A stretch of 34,902 nucleotides of DNA, taken from the NCBI GenBank assembly GCA_001662655.1, contig KV460294.1, one strand, 5' to 3'. The notes under the pieces are model-generated. The model worked only from the letters and a program-made list of their open reading frames with translations. It did no database searches and was not told the origin of the DNA. This document shows, in pieces, positions 10,000 through 22,000 of this stretch. Origin of the DNA: Pseudogymnoascus verrucosus (Eukaryota). A program made the position numbers and the translations under genes. Position 1 is the stretch's first letter; every line of letters begins with the position of its first letter.

Positions 10000-10482
10000 A
10001 CGTAAGTCGTGGCGTAACGGGTGTAATGGCGTAACGGGGGTAGTGGTATTTTGCTAGCGAATTTATATCACGTGACTAGTATTAAAACCTTTAATAACTA
10101 CTTAAGTAGGTGATGTGAAGTATAATACTTTTGTATATAGAAACTTTATATATACATATATTCGACTTAGAAATTTCAGCCTGTAAGCTAGTTATATAAG
10201 GAAGTTATTAACAATTATAGATTTACCATACTAATATTTTGTATGGTAAAATCTTAGACCTTTAATAACTTATGCAAAACAATTATAGTGTTACTAGCGT
10301 TTTTTTATGTAAAAGAGTATTATATACAGTTCTAATATATATAAGGAATAAGGTTCACTAATTTTATTTATAGAGTTATTTAGGTTTGAAGTTTTTGGTT
10401 CTAAGTACTATTGCTTACAAGTTTAGCTGTAAAGGTACATACCCCCGTTACGCCATTACACCCGTTACGCCACGACCTACGT
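10000..10482. mobile_element. 483-bp pogo-type MITE with 43-bp TIRs (1 mismatch) and TA TSD
   Basis: ACGTAAGTCGTGGCGTAACGGGTGTAATGGCGTAACGGGGGTA at 10000-10042 vs the reverse complement at 10440-10482. TA at 9998-9999 and 10483-10484; the empty site is the palindrome GTTAAC. Confidence 0.95.
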
Positions 10483-10967
10483 TAACTCTTAAAACCTAAT
10501 ACTAATTCTTGCTTGTTTTAACTATTAAGTAGGCCAATTTACCTACGGTTGTCAAGTCACCTACGAGTGTATTAACTAAACACTAATAAGACAAAAAAGG
10601 TTCTGCTATTTGTGTGAAAAATATATGTAAGCCTGTTTAAAACCATTAAACCATCCTAGGTAGGATAAACTGTCCGTCCTCTTCATAACTTAGTATATAT
10701 TTATTTATTCTAACAATATGGGCTTACACAAGCTACTTAGGGCAATTAACTTGGCCATATATATGAATCATTTCATATTACCCTGTCTACATTAATTCCG
10801 AACTCCAAAATCTAAGTAATTGCGTGAAAAACAAGTCCCTTCCCTCCATGTGTGCGCATTAACCCAAGCTGCCCATTACTCCACGCCACGAATCATACCA
10901 ATAACTCCTGCAACTACTACCTGTGTGGCAATCAAACACCCTTCTTTTGTTAACTCAAGTCGACTAA

Positions 10968-13365
10968 TTAATTCCCTTTTCGTGTTTCCTTGTGAGGCTT
11001 GTAGTCCTTCACCTCGTCAAACCATTGGCTCTCTTCATTATATTTGTACGCATGGAAGTCCACACCGTAAGGCTTCGGCTCAATGACAAATAACATCCCA
11101 AGGGGGACATCAAGATCAGCGATGTCGTTTCGGGTTAGGTCCATGAAGTAAGCCATGAGGACTCGGGCAATGGAGCGATGTCCAATGATGAGGACATGAT
11201 CGGTAATTCTCTCGATCTCTCTCACCATATCCCGAAGTCGACTGATAACTTGAAGGTAGCCTTCTCCTCCTACTCCAGGATAGATATAGTGGAGCTTATC
11301 CTGCTTCCGTTTGTTGAATTCCAGCGGGAAATTGTGTTCTATTTCCTCATATGTGAGTCGCTCAAAATCACCCGCGTTCAGCTCATTGAGCATTTCCCAG
11401 TTCTTTACGTCATAATCGTCATCGGCCTCGAAATCTTCTGCTGTTTGAATGCTTCTCTTGAGCATTGATGTCCAGATGCAGAAATTCTTTTCGTCGAGCT
11501 CGCCGAGGCGGCTCTCGGGATACGGAGGTGTATTGTCTCCAGGTTGTGGTGGAAAGCTGGAGGACAAAATTTTGTCTTTTTGCTCTACCAGCCAATCCTT
11601 TCGTTTCTGAGTCATGAAGTTATACAGGACAGCACCATAAGCGCGACCCTCTGGCGTAATGTCGGAATTTCCACCGAGCTTTCCTTCCCTATTATCATAT
11701 GATTCTCCATGGCGGGTAATCCAGATCTGTCTCGGGGAAAGATTGAACGTGGTTAGGTATGAGGCTATTCCTCCGCTTAGAAACCCCTTCAATTGGTGGT
11801 GTATGACTTTGCGTCCAACATCAATCATCTGGTACGGATTAGCGACGTTCTTTACCAAGTTCTAATCAAACAAATCCTTACCTTAATATATTGGATGCCC
11901 ATTTTTTCTTCATACTCGCCGAGCGGGACATATGCGCTTTCATAGGCCGCAACTCGTTTTCTAAAATCTTCCAAGGACGTCACTGGGTCCTTGCCTTTAT
12001 AGTCTGGGCCAGATAGCTTCAGACGCATATTTGCTTCCAGGAGCTATAGTAGTATGGTTAGCATAAGCTTTACAATTAGACTCGATGTCCTTACCCCTTG
12101 GTCTTCGCAGATACTTTCGATGAATAGTATGCCAAGCTTGGAATCCCGTTCCTTGACGCGATTGAACAGCATTTTTCGTCGCTCAAGTGTGCTATTCGTT
12201 GCATCTAAAATGCCAGCAGACCCGCCCTGGAGTAAAAGATAATCAAGTAGCTCGTCGAGTGTCGAGATGGCTACCTGCTCTCGCACCTGGGACGCTCGCG
12301 CGTTAGAGGGGTCAAAGAACTCTGCACTCTGGTCAAAGGGCTCCATCGGTGCCTTGGGTTCCTCCGAATGGTCTCGAGAAGCCGACTCTTGGTTTTGGCT
12401 AGGTTCGACTCCATTGAGAAGTATATGTGCAGCCTGGGTGGGTCCATCCATTGTGCCCGAGACTTTGGAAGTCTCTGGGAGAGCATCCGTGTTTGTCATT
12501 GCTTTTGCTCGGGCTTGTATCTGGGCTGTAAGGTTGGATGACCCTGGTTGGGCACTAGCTGCCACTCGTCGTCGATTACCAACGTTGAAGATCTGACTGT
12601 TGTGCTGCTGCCATGAAAGATACCGTTGTATTTTCTTGGTAATGTACGATTTCCCCCTTGCTGGCAGACCAACCATTATAATCACCAATTTGGATGCCAC
12701 ATCTCGCTCTGCAATACGGCCATCGGGAGAAACCCTGGACCGTGTCATCCCAGGAATATTAAGCGTTGTTGCAGGAGGTCGTGTCCGAGGTGTGCTCGAA
12801 CCCGAGTTTTGTCTAATTGGCATGCTGCGACTTTGTTAGTTAGGGAAATTAGTACAAACCATGGAAGGCTATGGGGCTTCTGGATGGGAACTCACAGATG
12901 AGGGCTACCGGGTGCTGTCGATGGAGTACTGCCAACAGAAGCCTCGCTTGGGGTGTGACTCCCAGCATCGTGTGAGCCGCAGCCATGGCCGTTTGGAATC
13001 GTCGGATGGACACGCCCATGGGGAATAGGTATCGGCGGGACCAGTCCATGGGGAAGAGTTGGTGGCGGTACCAGCCCATGGGCTATGGATAGTGACGGCA
13101 CCAGGCCATTGGGGATAGATGGCGACGGTACCAGGCCATGGGACGTTGGTCTGATTTCGCGCGTCTCTTTGTTGGAGTGGTGATCATTGGAAGTGTCCAC
13201 GGCGACTACATTACTCATGATTGCAGCTTTTCCGATGGACGAGAGTTGAGACTGTCGCCTCAAGCTGTCTATGACGGAATTAGTTAACGGCATACCTAGA
13301 TACCATGGTGAACGCATACCTGCGATTTCATTGTCAACAACTGCCCCGGGAGTGAAGTGAGGCAT
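10968..13365 (-). CDS. PFK26: 6-phosphofructo-2-kinase/fructose-2,6-bisphosphatase (Pfk26-like), ~740 aa; exons 13365-12896, 12824-12095, 12043-11882, 11828-10968
   Basis: Walker A MVGLPARGKS, IFNVGNRRR, LDATNST, LKLSGPDY, and a histidine-phosphatase domain RHGES...NELNAG...GHRS. Three GT-AG introns keep the frame. The start codon is uncertain (several later Mets), and an alternative in-frame acceptor would start exon 2 at 12830. Confidence 0.9.
12994..13140 (-). repeat. Coding 30-bp tandem repeat (4 full copies + one 27-bp copy) encoding (H/N)GLVPxxx(I/L)(P/A)
   Basis: Units at 13021-13050, 13051-13080, 13081-13110 and 13111-13140 all end in CCAG.CCAT(G/T). Protein: HGLVPSPSIP NGLVPSLSIA HGLVPPPTLP HGLVPPIPIP HGRVHPTIP. 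Confidence 0.85.
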
Positions 13366-13820
13366 CAGGCGAGGAATATCGTGGGCGTGCCGCCGCCTGC
13401 AAGTGGACTGCGAGGCAGCGAGAGACTGAGGTCCTCAATAGCGGGTTTCGGGACAATTATTGGCTCCGGCGGGTTGAAGGTGTAATAGAGCCGTGGACTC
13501 GGCTGGACAGGTGAGGCTGAGGCTGAGGCTGTAAAGACTTTTGGGGGAGACGGATGTGCCGGCGAAGAGGTACTGGTGAGTTGCTTGGAGTTCTTGGCTA
13601 AGAATTTCGGGAGTAATGAAATTCAGCTGGTGAGGCTGGCACGCTCAGATCGAGACTGTATAGTATAGTATATAGAGAATAGTTGTGATGAGACGAAGAG
13701 TCGATTTGGCCTTGGGGTTGTGTCGTTGCGCTCAGTTGGATGTTTGTTGGGGGATATGGTTTTTTGGGAAGAAGGAAGAGAGGTGGTTGTTAGTTGTTGG
13801 GGTATGCGACGATCAGTGAG

Positions 13821-14236
13821 GACCAAAAAGGACCAAAAAGGATAAAGTCAGTCGTTAGTGGTAGGTTGGAGTTAGTTGGAGTCAGAATTGGAGTACGGGG
13901 GCGTTACTGGGAGTACTGGGAGTACTGGGGAGTGCTACTTGGAGTACAATAAATGACATGCTTGACCGGGGAGATGCATGGAATTTGGCGATTTTAGCAG
14001 ATTTTAGCAGATTTTAGCAGAATTTAGCTTTGCTTAAGGCCTGTCACCAGTGCGATTGGCGACACACTAAGGCGGTTCAGGCGCCCGACGGGGAAATCGG
14101 CACGAAACTGGGTGCAGTGGGTTGCAGTGGGTGCAGGCAGGGTACATGCAGACAAAGGCACGCGGTACGGGATGTGTTTGTACTCCCCGAAGCCACCAAC
14201 AGTTAGTTGTCTAGATGTCTAGATGTCTAGAATGTC
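13821..14236. repeat. Cluster of short tandem duplications in the PFK26/TAD3 divergent intergenic region
   Basis: GACCAAAAAG x2 (13821-13840), tandem GTACTGGGA units (~13905-13931), ATTTTAGCAG x3 (13991-14020), GTCTAGAT-type x3 (~14209-14236). Confidence 0.8.
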
Positions 14237-15641
14237 TGCATATGGAATGTGAGGAGATCTTCTAGATGGGTGGTGTGTCTTCTCTTTTTCTCCTTCTGTC
14301 CATAGCCTGGCCTCACACTCTACAGACTGTAGTATAGTTTGTAGTATAGTCTATAATAGGGTACATATATCACTCCGATCATATCGTACCTAGTATATCG
14401 TCTTACATGCCAGATCTCCGAGGAACAATCCCTAGAACCCCCCCCCACCCCTTTCCAACGTGTCTACTTTAGGCTTAGGTACGCACATCCTAGGTGACAC
14501 TTGATATCTAGCAATATATGAAGTACAGTAAGTAGTATGTAGTAGTATGTAGTAGTGTGTGGTAGTATGTATATGCTAGTATATGGAGTATAGTAATCTA
14601 TTTCACCCATATGATACCTGCTATAGTAAGTTACATATCATCCCATATATATGCCCCCGACTGTAGGGTATATGTTATATGAGTGCCCACGTTATATATA
14701 CATTAGAGTTCCTCCATCCGTTCGGTCCGAAGTACATCCATCCACACTCCGTATAGCTGGAAATATAGTTCCACGTACCCTTCGAAACACAGTCCATCGC
14801 ACCTACCTTCCCTGTCGACGCATGCCTTGAACCCCACGTTTATGCATGATTCGTACTAGTTTGTCCAAATGGAAACGAGGCGGCGGCGACGGCGGAGAAA
14901 CCTTGTCTGAGACTCACAGCATCACAGCATCACACCAGTAACTGTGAGCAACATTGTAACTTACTGACCCTTTATGACTCTACTCGCCGTACGAGTTGTG
15001 TGGTAGTGTGGTACGTTCTCTTCTCCGCGGCTGGAGACATAGGTATTGTGATACTTTAGATTCTATGAGGCATGAGTAGCACAATCAAAAGGCATTTCCA
15101 GCTATGCCGGCCGTACCATCTGTACTGGCTACCTTCCCTCATCTCCTTCTTCCTCACAATATATGATATATGTCCGGAGTATTAGAAGGGATATAGCAAT
15201 ATATAACAGCACCAATGTAAATATTGTTAATGAGTGACTCCTACAGCAAGTACTCGCCGAAGTATTACCCTAGTGGACGCTTAATTAAGTCTAGCGGAGA
15301 GGGTACAACAGGTACGGACATCCACACCACGAAACTGAGAACAACAAGCGTCTCCTAGCCTCCTCAAAAAAGATTTCTGCCCATTTGTACCGCCTTAGTT
15401 TTTGCTTTTGGCCGGAGTAATCCCCCCCCCACCGTAAAATTGACATCACGTGCGATAAGAGATAGCCTACAATTATGCTGGAATTACGTTATGATTGCCA
15501 GTAAAAGCATTGCCCAGCTCGACTTTCTACGGCCGATGCTCCCATCTGAGTATTCAGCCTCCTTTGCCTCCAAACCAAACCCCGCTTTCCCACGTTGCTG
15601 ATACTCCGGAAATGCGGTGACCAAGGCCTATCCCTACCCCC

Positions 15642-16875
15642 ATGGCCACCATCCCACCCCCAGTGCGGCGCCTCAAACCGTTGAAGACCTTACTGGAGCT
15701 GAAAGCCGGGGACTCCACCATTGATGTCTACATCACAACTGTCCCCATCAAATCTGCCAATTCGGTACTGAGGTGAGTTAGCTGCCGACACAAGTCAATG
15801 GGTTCGAATGCTGACATATGCGAGTGCGGTGCGTTCTTTGATCCAAGATGAGTATGCGGTCGACTTACAGCACCTACGACGATTTGCGAAGCTCCACGAC
15901 CTACCCCCGCACTTGAAGTTGCTGGTCTCCCCTTCCGATACCGCCGCCCCTGTTGCCGATGGCCAGGCAAGCCTTTGCTTGCTGGTGGCTCCCACAGCTT
16001 CTATGGACCTTCCAGCGTTAAAGGAGTGTATCTCTAATGTGCTGCCATTGTCAGAGCACAGTGCGCCGGCGGTCTGGACAATTCCTGTGCCGCAACTTGC
16101 GCCAACCTCCCAGGAGCAGGCCACGAAATGGACTACAACACATTGGCCGACAGTATATAAGAAGAACAATCCATTTGGCCCACACCCACATATACTTTCT
16201 CGAGCGGAGGATGAGATGGCCGGTGATCTGGACAAATGGATGGGAATGGCCCACAGCGTTGCCCAGGCCTCGGTAGCCTCTGGGACCGGCGAGGGTACTG
16301 GCGCAGTTATTGTCCAGAGAGACAATGGCACCACTCGTGCTTTGGCGCTGGCCGGAGATGCACGCTGGGCCAAGGGGAGGAGTTCCCCAAAAGGTAATGT
16401 CATGGCACATTCCATTCTGCGCGCTATAGGCATGATTGCCCAGAAAATGAGAACGGCTGAGAGGAAAAAGGGCGACGCGCCTCCACCATCATCCCTTGAT
16501 GAACTGGAAAGCGCAATGTTTCTTGATATGCCCATGCATCTTGAAGAACATTCTGTCTTCAACGAGAGTACAGTATCCCCAGACGGATATCTGTGTCACA
16601 ACCTGGAGATATACTTGACCCATGAGCCTTGTGTCATGTGTTCCATGGCGCTGTTACACTCCAGATTTGGCAGAGTCGTCATTGACTCACGAGCGCCAGC
16701 AACAGGAGGGCTTTGTAGCGAAGGCACAACCTCTGGAACTGTCGCACAACCCCACACTTCACAACTGGGGCATGGACTGTTCTGGAGAAAAGAGTTGAAC
16801 TGGTCGTTGCTGGCGTGGGAGACCGAAGGCCATGAACCTCCCCCTTTAAACGATAGATGTGACATGCAAGCATAA
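15642..16875 (+). CDS. TAD3: tRNA-specific adenosine deaminase subunit Tad3, ~393 aa; exons 15642-15772, 15825-16875
   Basis: LQHLRRFAK, HWPTVY, HSILRAI (the catalytic Glu of HxE is replaced, typical of Tad3), YLCHNLEIYLTHEPCVMCSMALLHSRF, LFWRKELNW. Intron GTGAGT...CTGAC...GAG. Confidence 0.92.
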
Positions 16876-17440
16876 TTATAAATAAAACATGATAATTCCC
16901 GTTGCTTTGTTCTTTCGTGAAGCTTTCAGTCGTACATCTGAGCCGTGGAGTAATCTAAGATAAGCCTCGTTTGGGATTCAACAGCCTTGCATAAGGCGGG
17001 GACTACGTACCAGCAAATGAAGTGGGAGAAGGCTGTGCCTGACTTACACCCAGAGTCTCAACTGCAAACACACGAAACGTAAATCCTCCTGGTGTATTTT
17101 GGGCTCATATCTTTATGACCTGCTGCGTTTCCACTCAGTGGTCTTGATTGGATAAGATCGTTCGTGTCGCATCTTGTCTTTGTTCGAGAGCAAGAGCGAA
17201 CCTACCAGCCACATGGAGACGGTGGCCCGTACAGCTTCCCTCTGGTGACAACCAGGGCCTGTAAACGCAATACTCCGCTACAGGCAACTTTTGAAATTAC
17301 CAGCCCGGTTCATCAGTAACCGCCGTCTCTTTGAAATCGCGTCCGTTGCCCTAGTGCCTGGGGTGCAGCTTGGAATTCGCCCGTTTGTCCGCTCTATAGC
17401 AACCGTCGCGCCTCTTTATCACGAGACTACTGAGCCTAGG

Positions 17441-18697
17441 ATGGCTGCATTGGGAGGGAAGGGCGTGCCAGAGTCGGCCTCTAAGAAGAGAAAAGCTGCC
17501 AACCAGCCCAAATTCTACGCCGTGCGAGCTGGCCGTCACCCGGGCGTCTACTCTGATTGGAACGAGTGCAAGGAGAGCATTACTGGTTTCAAAGGCGCTA
17601 GCTGTGAGTTGTTCTGTATTCCTCATATTGGCTTTATGTCTAACTTTGCAAGTCAAATCGTTCTCTACTCGATCCGAAGCAGAGGCATTTGTATCTGGGA
17701 GAGAGTCGACCTCCGGCCCCTCTGCATCTGTTGGAGAAGCCCGTTTTTATGGCGTGGCGAGTGGCCACAATCCTGGTGTATATACGGACTGGACGACTGC
17801 TCAAGAGCAGATAAAGGGATGGAAGCTACCTAAATATAAAAGGTTTAGCACAAGGGGCGAGGCGGAAGCATTTGTTCAAGCTGGGGGCCGCCCGGGCAAG
17901 GTGGATTCAGGCACCACAGAATTGATAGACGAAGATGAACAACCCGAGGATTCGGACGATGAAGTATCGGATGTTGAGAGCCTTCCGGTGTCGTCAAAGA
18001 GGAGAAAAACGTCTCCAGCGGCCTCGGTCAACCAGACCAAGACCAGTCAAAGTACGGTGCAGATAGCAGCCACCACCTCAGCTGCTAAATCTCGTGCCGC
18101 CGATGCCAAGTCGAAGCCTCTTAATATATATACAGATGGCAGCAGTTTAGCCAATGGAAAGGTGGGAGCTGTTGCAGGAGTCGGTGTGTTTTTTGGGGAT
18201 GGAGATGATAGGTGAGTCTCAACCTGCCATCCAGAGCACTTCATTGACGATGATGCTGTACTGGAATGGACCTGGTATATGCAGCAAGAAATACTAATTT
18301 TTGGCCCATTAGGAACATTTCCGAGGCATTGGAGGGCGAACTTCAAACCAACCAAAGGGCCGAACTCACGGCTATTTTGCGCGCCCTTGAGATTGCGCCT
18401 ATGCACCGTGAAGTCCACATCTACACAGACAGCAACTACAGCATAAACTGTGTGACGACCTGGTTCAAGAAGTGGGAGACGAATAACTGGTTAACCTCAA
18501 CCAACCAGCCCGTCATGAACAAGGACCTGGTCGTAGACATTCTTGCGAGGATCAGGGAACGGCAAGGGCAGGGATCCGGCACGATTTTCAACTGGATCAA
18601 GGGCCATTCAAATGATCCGAGTAACGAGGCGGCTGATAGGTTAGCTGTTAGTGGTGCCCAACGGGCCCAGGCACGGAGGAGGCAAAACAAATCATGA
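17441..18697 (+). CDS. RNH1: Ribonuclease H1 with two N-terminal hybrid-binding domains, ~368 aa; exons 17441-17603, 17653-18211, 18313-18697
   Basis: Two FYxVxxGxxPGVYxDW...FSTRxEAEAFV repeats; catalytic YTDGS, TNQRAEL, YTDS, KGH and NEAADRLA; two GT-AG introns; basic NLS-like KKRK and KRRK. Confidence 0.94.
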
Positions 18698-19002
18698 CGG
18701 CGTCTTTCAACAACTACAGCAAGGCAGTCCGTTCACTGGTCAAAAAGGGATCAGTCGCTCACACAATCACGGCGCATTGTTTCTTGGAGACTTTAGTGGG
18801 GCATGGCTGAATTTAACAACCACAAAATGTAAACAATTATATCAAACTGGGAAACACGCTGTACCCAACCGCACTCCTCGTAAACACCCTATAAAAGAAC
18901 CATCATCTCAATCCCACCAATACTGAACAAGCCCTCATCCCAAGAAGCGTCCTTGAATGTCATAATCCCAAATTGGGAACAACCTTAAAAACGGTTGGTA
19001 AA

Positions 19003-22000
19003 TTACAAAGTCTCCACTGCCTGCTCAGCTCTCGACCGAGCATACGACTTGACAAGTCGAGTCCCCTCTGCCCATACTTTGGGTACGCGGTTGTAGAGCA
19101 TGGTAGCCACAATAATTACTAGAATAGGAATCTATATGGAGTTAGTTAAGTTCGTTTTGCATGCACAGAATGGGAAAGGGGATGACATACCCAAATGAAA
19201 AATAGCTTCCTATCACTCCGGAATCGGATCTTTTTGCCATGTGCCAGCCGGATTTGAGCACGTCCTTCTTCGGATATGGAGTGCTTGGAACTGGAATCCA
19301 GGTTCTCTAATGCCTGCGATGAAGTTTTGGAACTCGAGGCCACGCTCGAGCCAGACGACTGTGCCTGGTCGTATAGTGTAGAGCATTTGTCATCAGCGAT
19401 CGCATCTGCTGCAGCCTGAGTAGCCGACGCTCTTTTGGTGTCGACGTCCTCATGGGGGAAGATATCCTCATATGCGGGAGGGGCATTCGATACAGTTCCG
19501 GAGAAAAGGTCCCACCATTTTGAATCTGCCTCTTTATTCGCTGGACCAATCTCGGCATTTCTGGATGCGCCCATGTGTGGTACTAGTGAGCTGATTCTGC
19601 GAACCATAGGTGCCGTTGGCAAATATGCTTGGTAGTCTGGTAGGTTTGGGATTTGCGGTAAGTTAAGGTGTTGCATAGACTGTTGAATATGCTGAATCTG
19701 TGCAGTTAAATGATCGCGGAACGCTGTCATGGCTGCTGCCGGTGATACGAACCCAGCTCCCACGGCGTCCGTTGTGGGGACGGGGAGACCATTGACTTCA
19801 TTTGAAAGCGAAGTGTCAAGGTCTGGGGGAGCTGCGCTCCTGCGTCTTGGGCGCATCCAAAATACTTCATCGGGTGTAGCATCATCGCTTCCTTCATCGC
19901 TGTATTCGGGCTCCTCGGTCTCAGATGTATCATCTGCGTCGTCACTAACACCTGGCGATGTCGTAACTTCAGCTCCATTTGGACGCGGTTCCCATAGTGA
20001 CTGCAGGGACGTGGCGCTGCTTGTCCTGCTACGAATAGAGCCGCCACTACGCCTGCGGCTATGACGCTCTACACGACGAGTGGATTGAAGAGTTTCTTCG
20101 GATGTGCATAAGTCGGAGGCTGTATAACCCTGGAGAGTCCTCCACGAAGGATCTGCGCCGCAGAGAATGAGTCGTCTTATAATCTGAGGGTGATTATGCA
20201 TCGCTGCAAAGTGCATCGGTGTGAAACCTCCTTTATCACGGGGCTCCGGGTTAGCACCTCTTGCCAATAAAGCCGCGACAAAGCGATGAAGGCCCAATGA
20301 GCACGCTAAGTGAAGCATCGTCTGACCAGATGCTCGTCGCATGTTCAGGCGAGGTAGATGCGAGCTATCATCTAAGTCAATGAGGTCCAGTATTCTTAGT
20401 AATGTTGCTTCGACGTCAACACCGAATATGGCGGCGTTGAAACGAGAGACAGGTGGTTGCTGCGTTCCACCTGTCGGTGAAGCACCCCCAGCGGCACCCC
20501 AAGATGATGGTCCATCACCCACGATTCTTCGTGCCAAGTCACGGACATCTTCCATCCTCCCAGTCATCTTGTGCCCCAATACAGACAGAGCCGTTCTTAT
20601 AATCTGTTGTTCATCGTCGTCAACATACTTAAAGAATGCCTGTTGCTTAAGGATCGGCGGTGACGGGTAGGGCTGGAGTTGCTGCTGGTGCTGATGCTTG
20701 AATGTGACTGCAACAGTTCCGCCAGTAGTCGCAGGAGGAAGCAAGCAGACAAGCGACGTTTCGCCCCAGTATGTCGTGGTAGTGGCTTTCACATCCCCAA
20801 ACATAACTTCCAAGCCTTGACAGAATCCGCTACCAAGACACGTTACTTCAATCCCTCCAGCCTTTGGCCCTTCATTTGGAATCATCTTGTGGATGGTGGG
20901 TGGCCTTTGGGGGTTGAGCGGCAGTGGCATCCCATATAGGCCATTAGCAACTGCTTGTGCAATCTGAGCTTGCTGCTGTTGATACGCCTGTATGCTATTC
21001 CTCATACTATTCGGACTTGGTGCGCGGCTTGGATGCGTGGAGGTTGGCGCCGAGTATAGCTGGTTCAGAGCAAGGTTATCCATACTTTGGGATCTATTAT
21101 TATTGGTGATAAATCCTTGCTCGTTGCCGTTTTGAGTTGGTGACCCAGCGTTAAATTGAGTATGGCCCGGTTGTACTGATTGGGGCATGTGGTTGAACGT
21201 TGTGTCTTGAGGGGAAGCGAACATGTTAGGTGAAGTTCCATATGGAGGTTGAGATGAGGCAGCGCCCGAGCCATTGGCTGCAGGGTTCAGGCCTCCAGGG
21301 TGCTGCGGCATAGTCTCGAGTCTTGTCATGGCGAGACCGCTTGGGACTTTGCTAGACCCGCTAGCCTTTCGCTTTTTGTTACTCGGACCAATTGATCCAG
21401 AAGGCGATGCCTGCCTCGACAAACTGCGTGGAGTCGTCGTGCTCGGGGCATTTTGAGATGCCTGAGGAGTACCAAGTACCGAAGAAGAAGCATATGATAA
21501 GGGGTAGTTCCTTTGGAGGTTTTGCACATCTGTGTTTGACTGCGATGCACGAAACGATGCCATGGGCATATCGAAATTCATATCGACGCCAGGGTTATTC
21601 ATGTACCCATGTTCGTTGACACCAGCGCCGCCTGGCCCCATTAAATGAGGAGGCATGTTGTGTGTCTTATGGTCATCTGTGATCATGATCGAAGATGTAA
21701 TCTCTTGAGCTACCAGTCGCCCCGTCCAGTCTTTGATTGTGAAGATAACCTGGAACCCCAGTTTCTCATTTTGATGCCTGCAATAACAAGCAATGCGCAT
21801 AGGAGCATCAACTTGTAAAGCGCCCTCGTGAACGACTGGTTCCCGTCGGTCTCCTACCGTATCGGACAACACTTGGCTTGATGGCTGTTGCCAGTCTTTG
21901 ATTTCATGGGTGTTGAAGACGATCACGCGTTTGTCTTCGTCCTTGTGCCAGGATTCTTCTTCTTCAACCTTTTTGACCTTCTTCCTCGCAGCACGCTTAC

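Larger units (their letters stand above)
8340..10790. repeat. AT-rich RIP-degraded repeat region
   Basis: Abrupt fall in GC, TpA excess, no credible ORFs; contains two MITEs and an IR element. Boundaries are approximate. Confidence 0.8.

Noticed and set aside
15447..15465. TCACGTG and GATA motifs upstream of TAD3
   Set aside because: Single short motifs; not distinguishable from chance without conservation data.
15795..16562. 255-aa antisense ORF over TAD3, and similar antisense/alternate-frame ORFs over PFK26, MGA2, the hypothetical gene and veA
   Set aside because: Shadow ORFs from GC-rich codon bias; no recognisable motifs.
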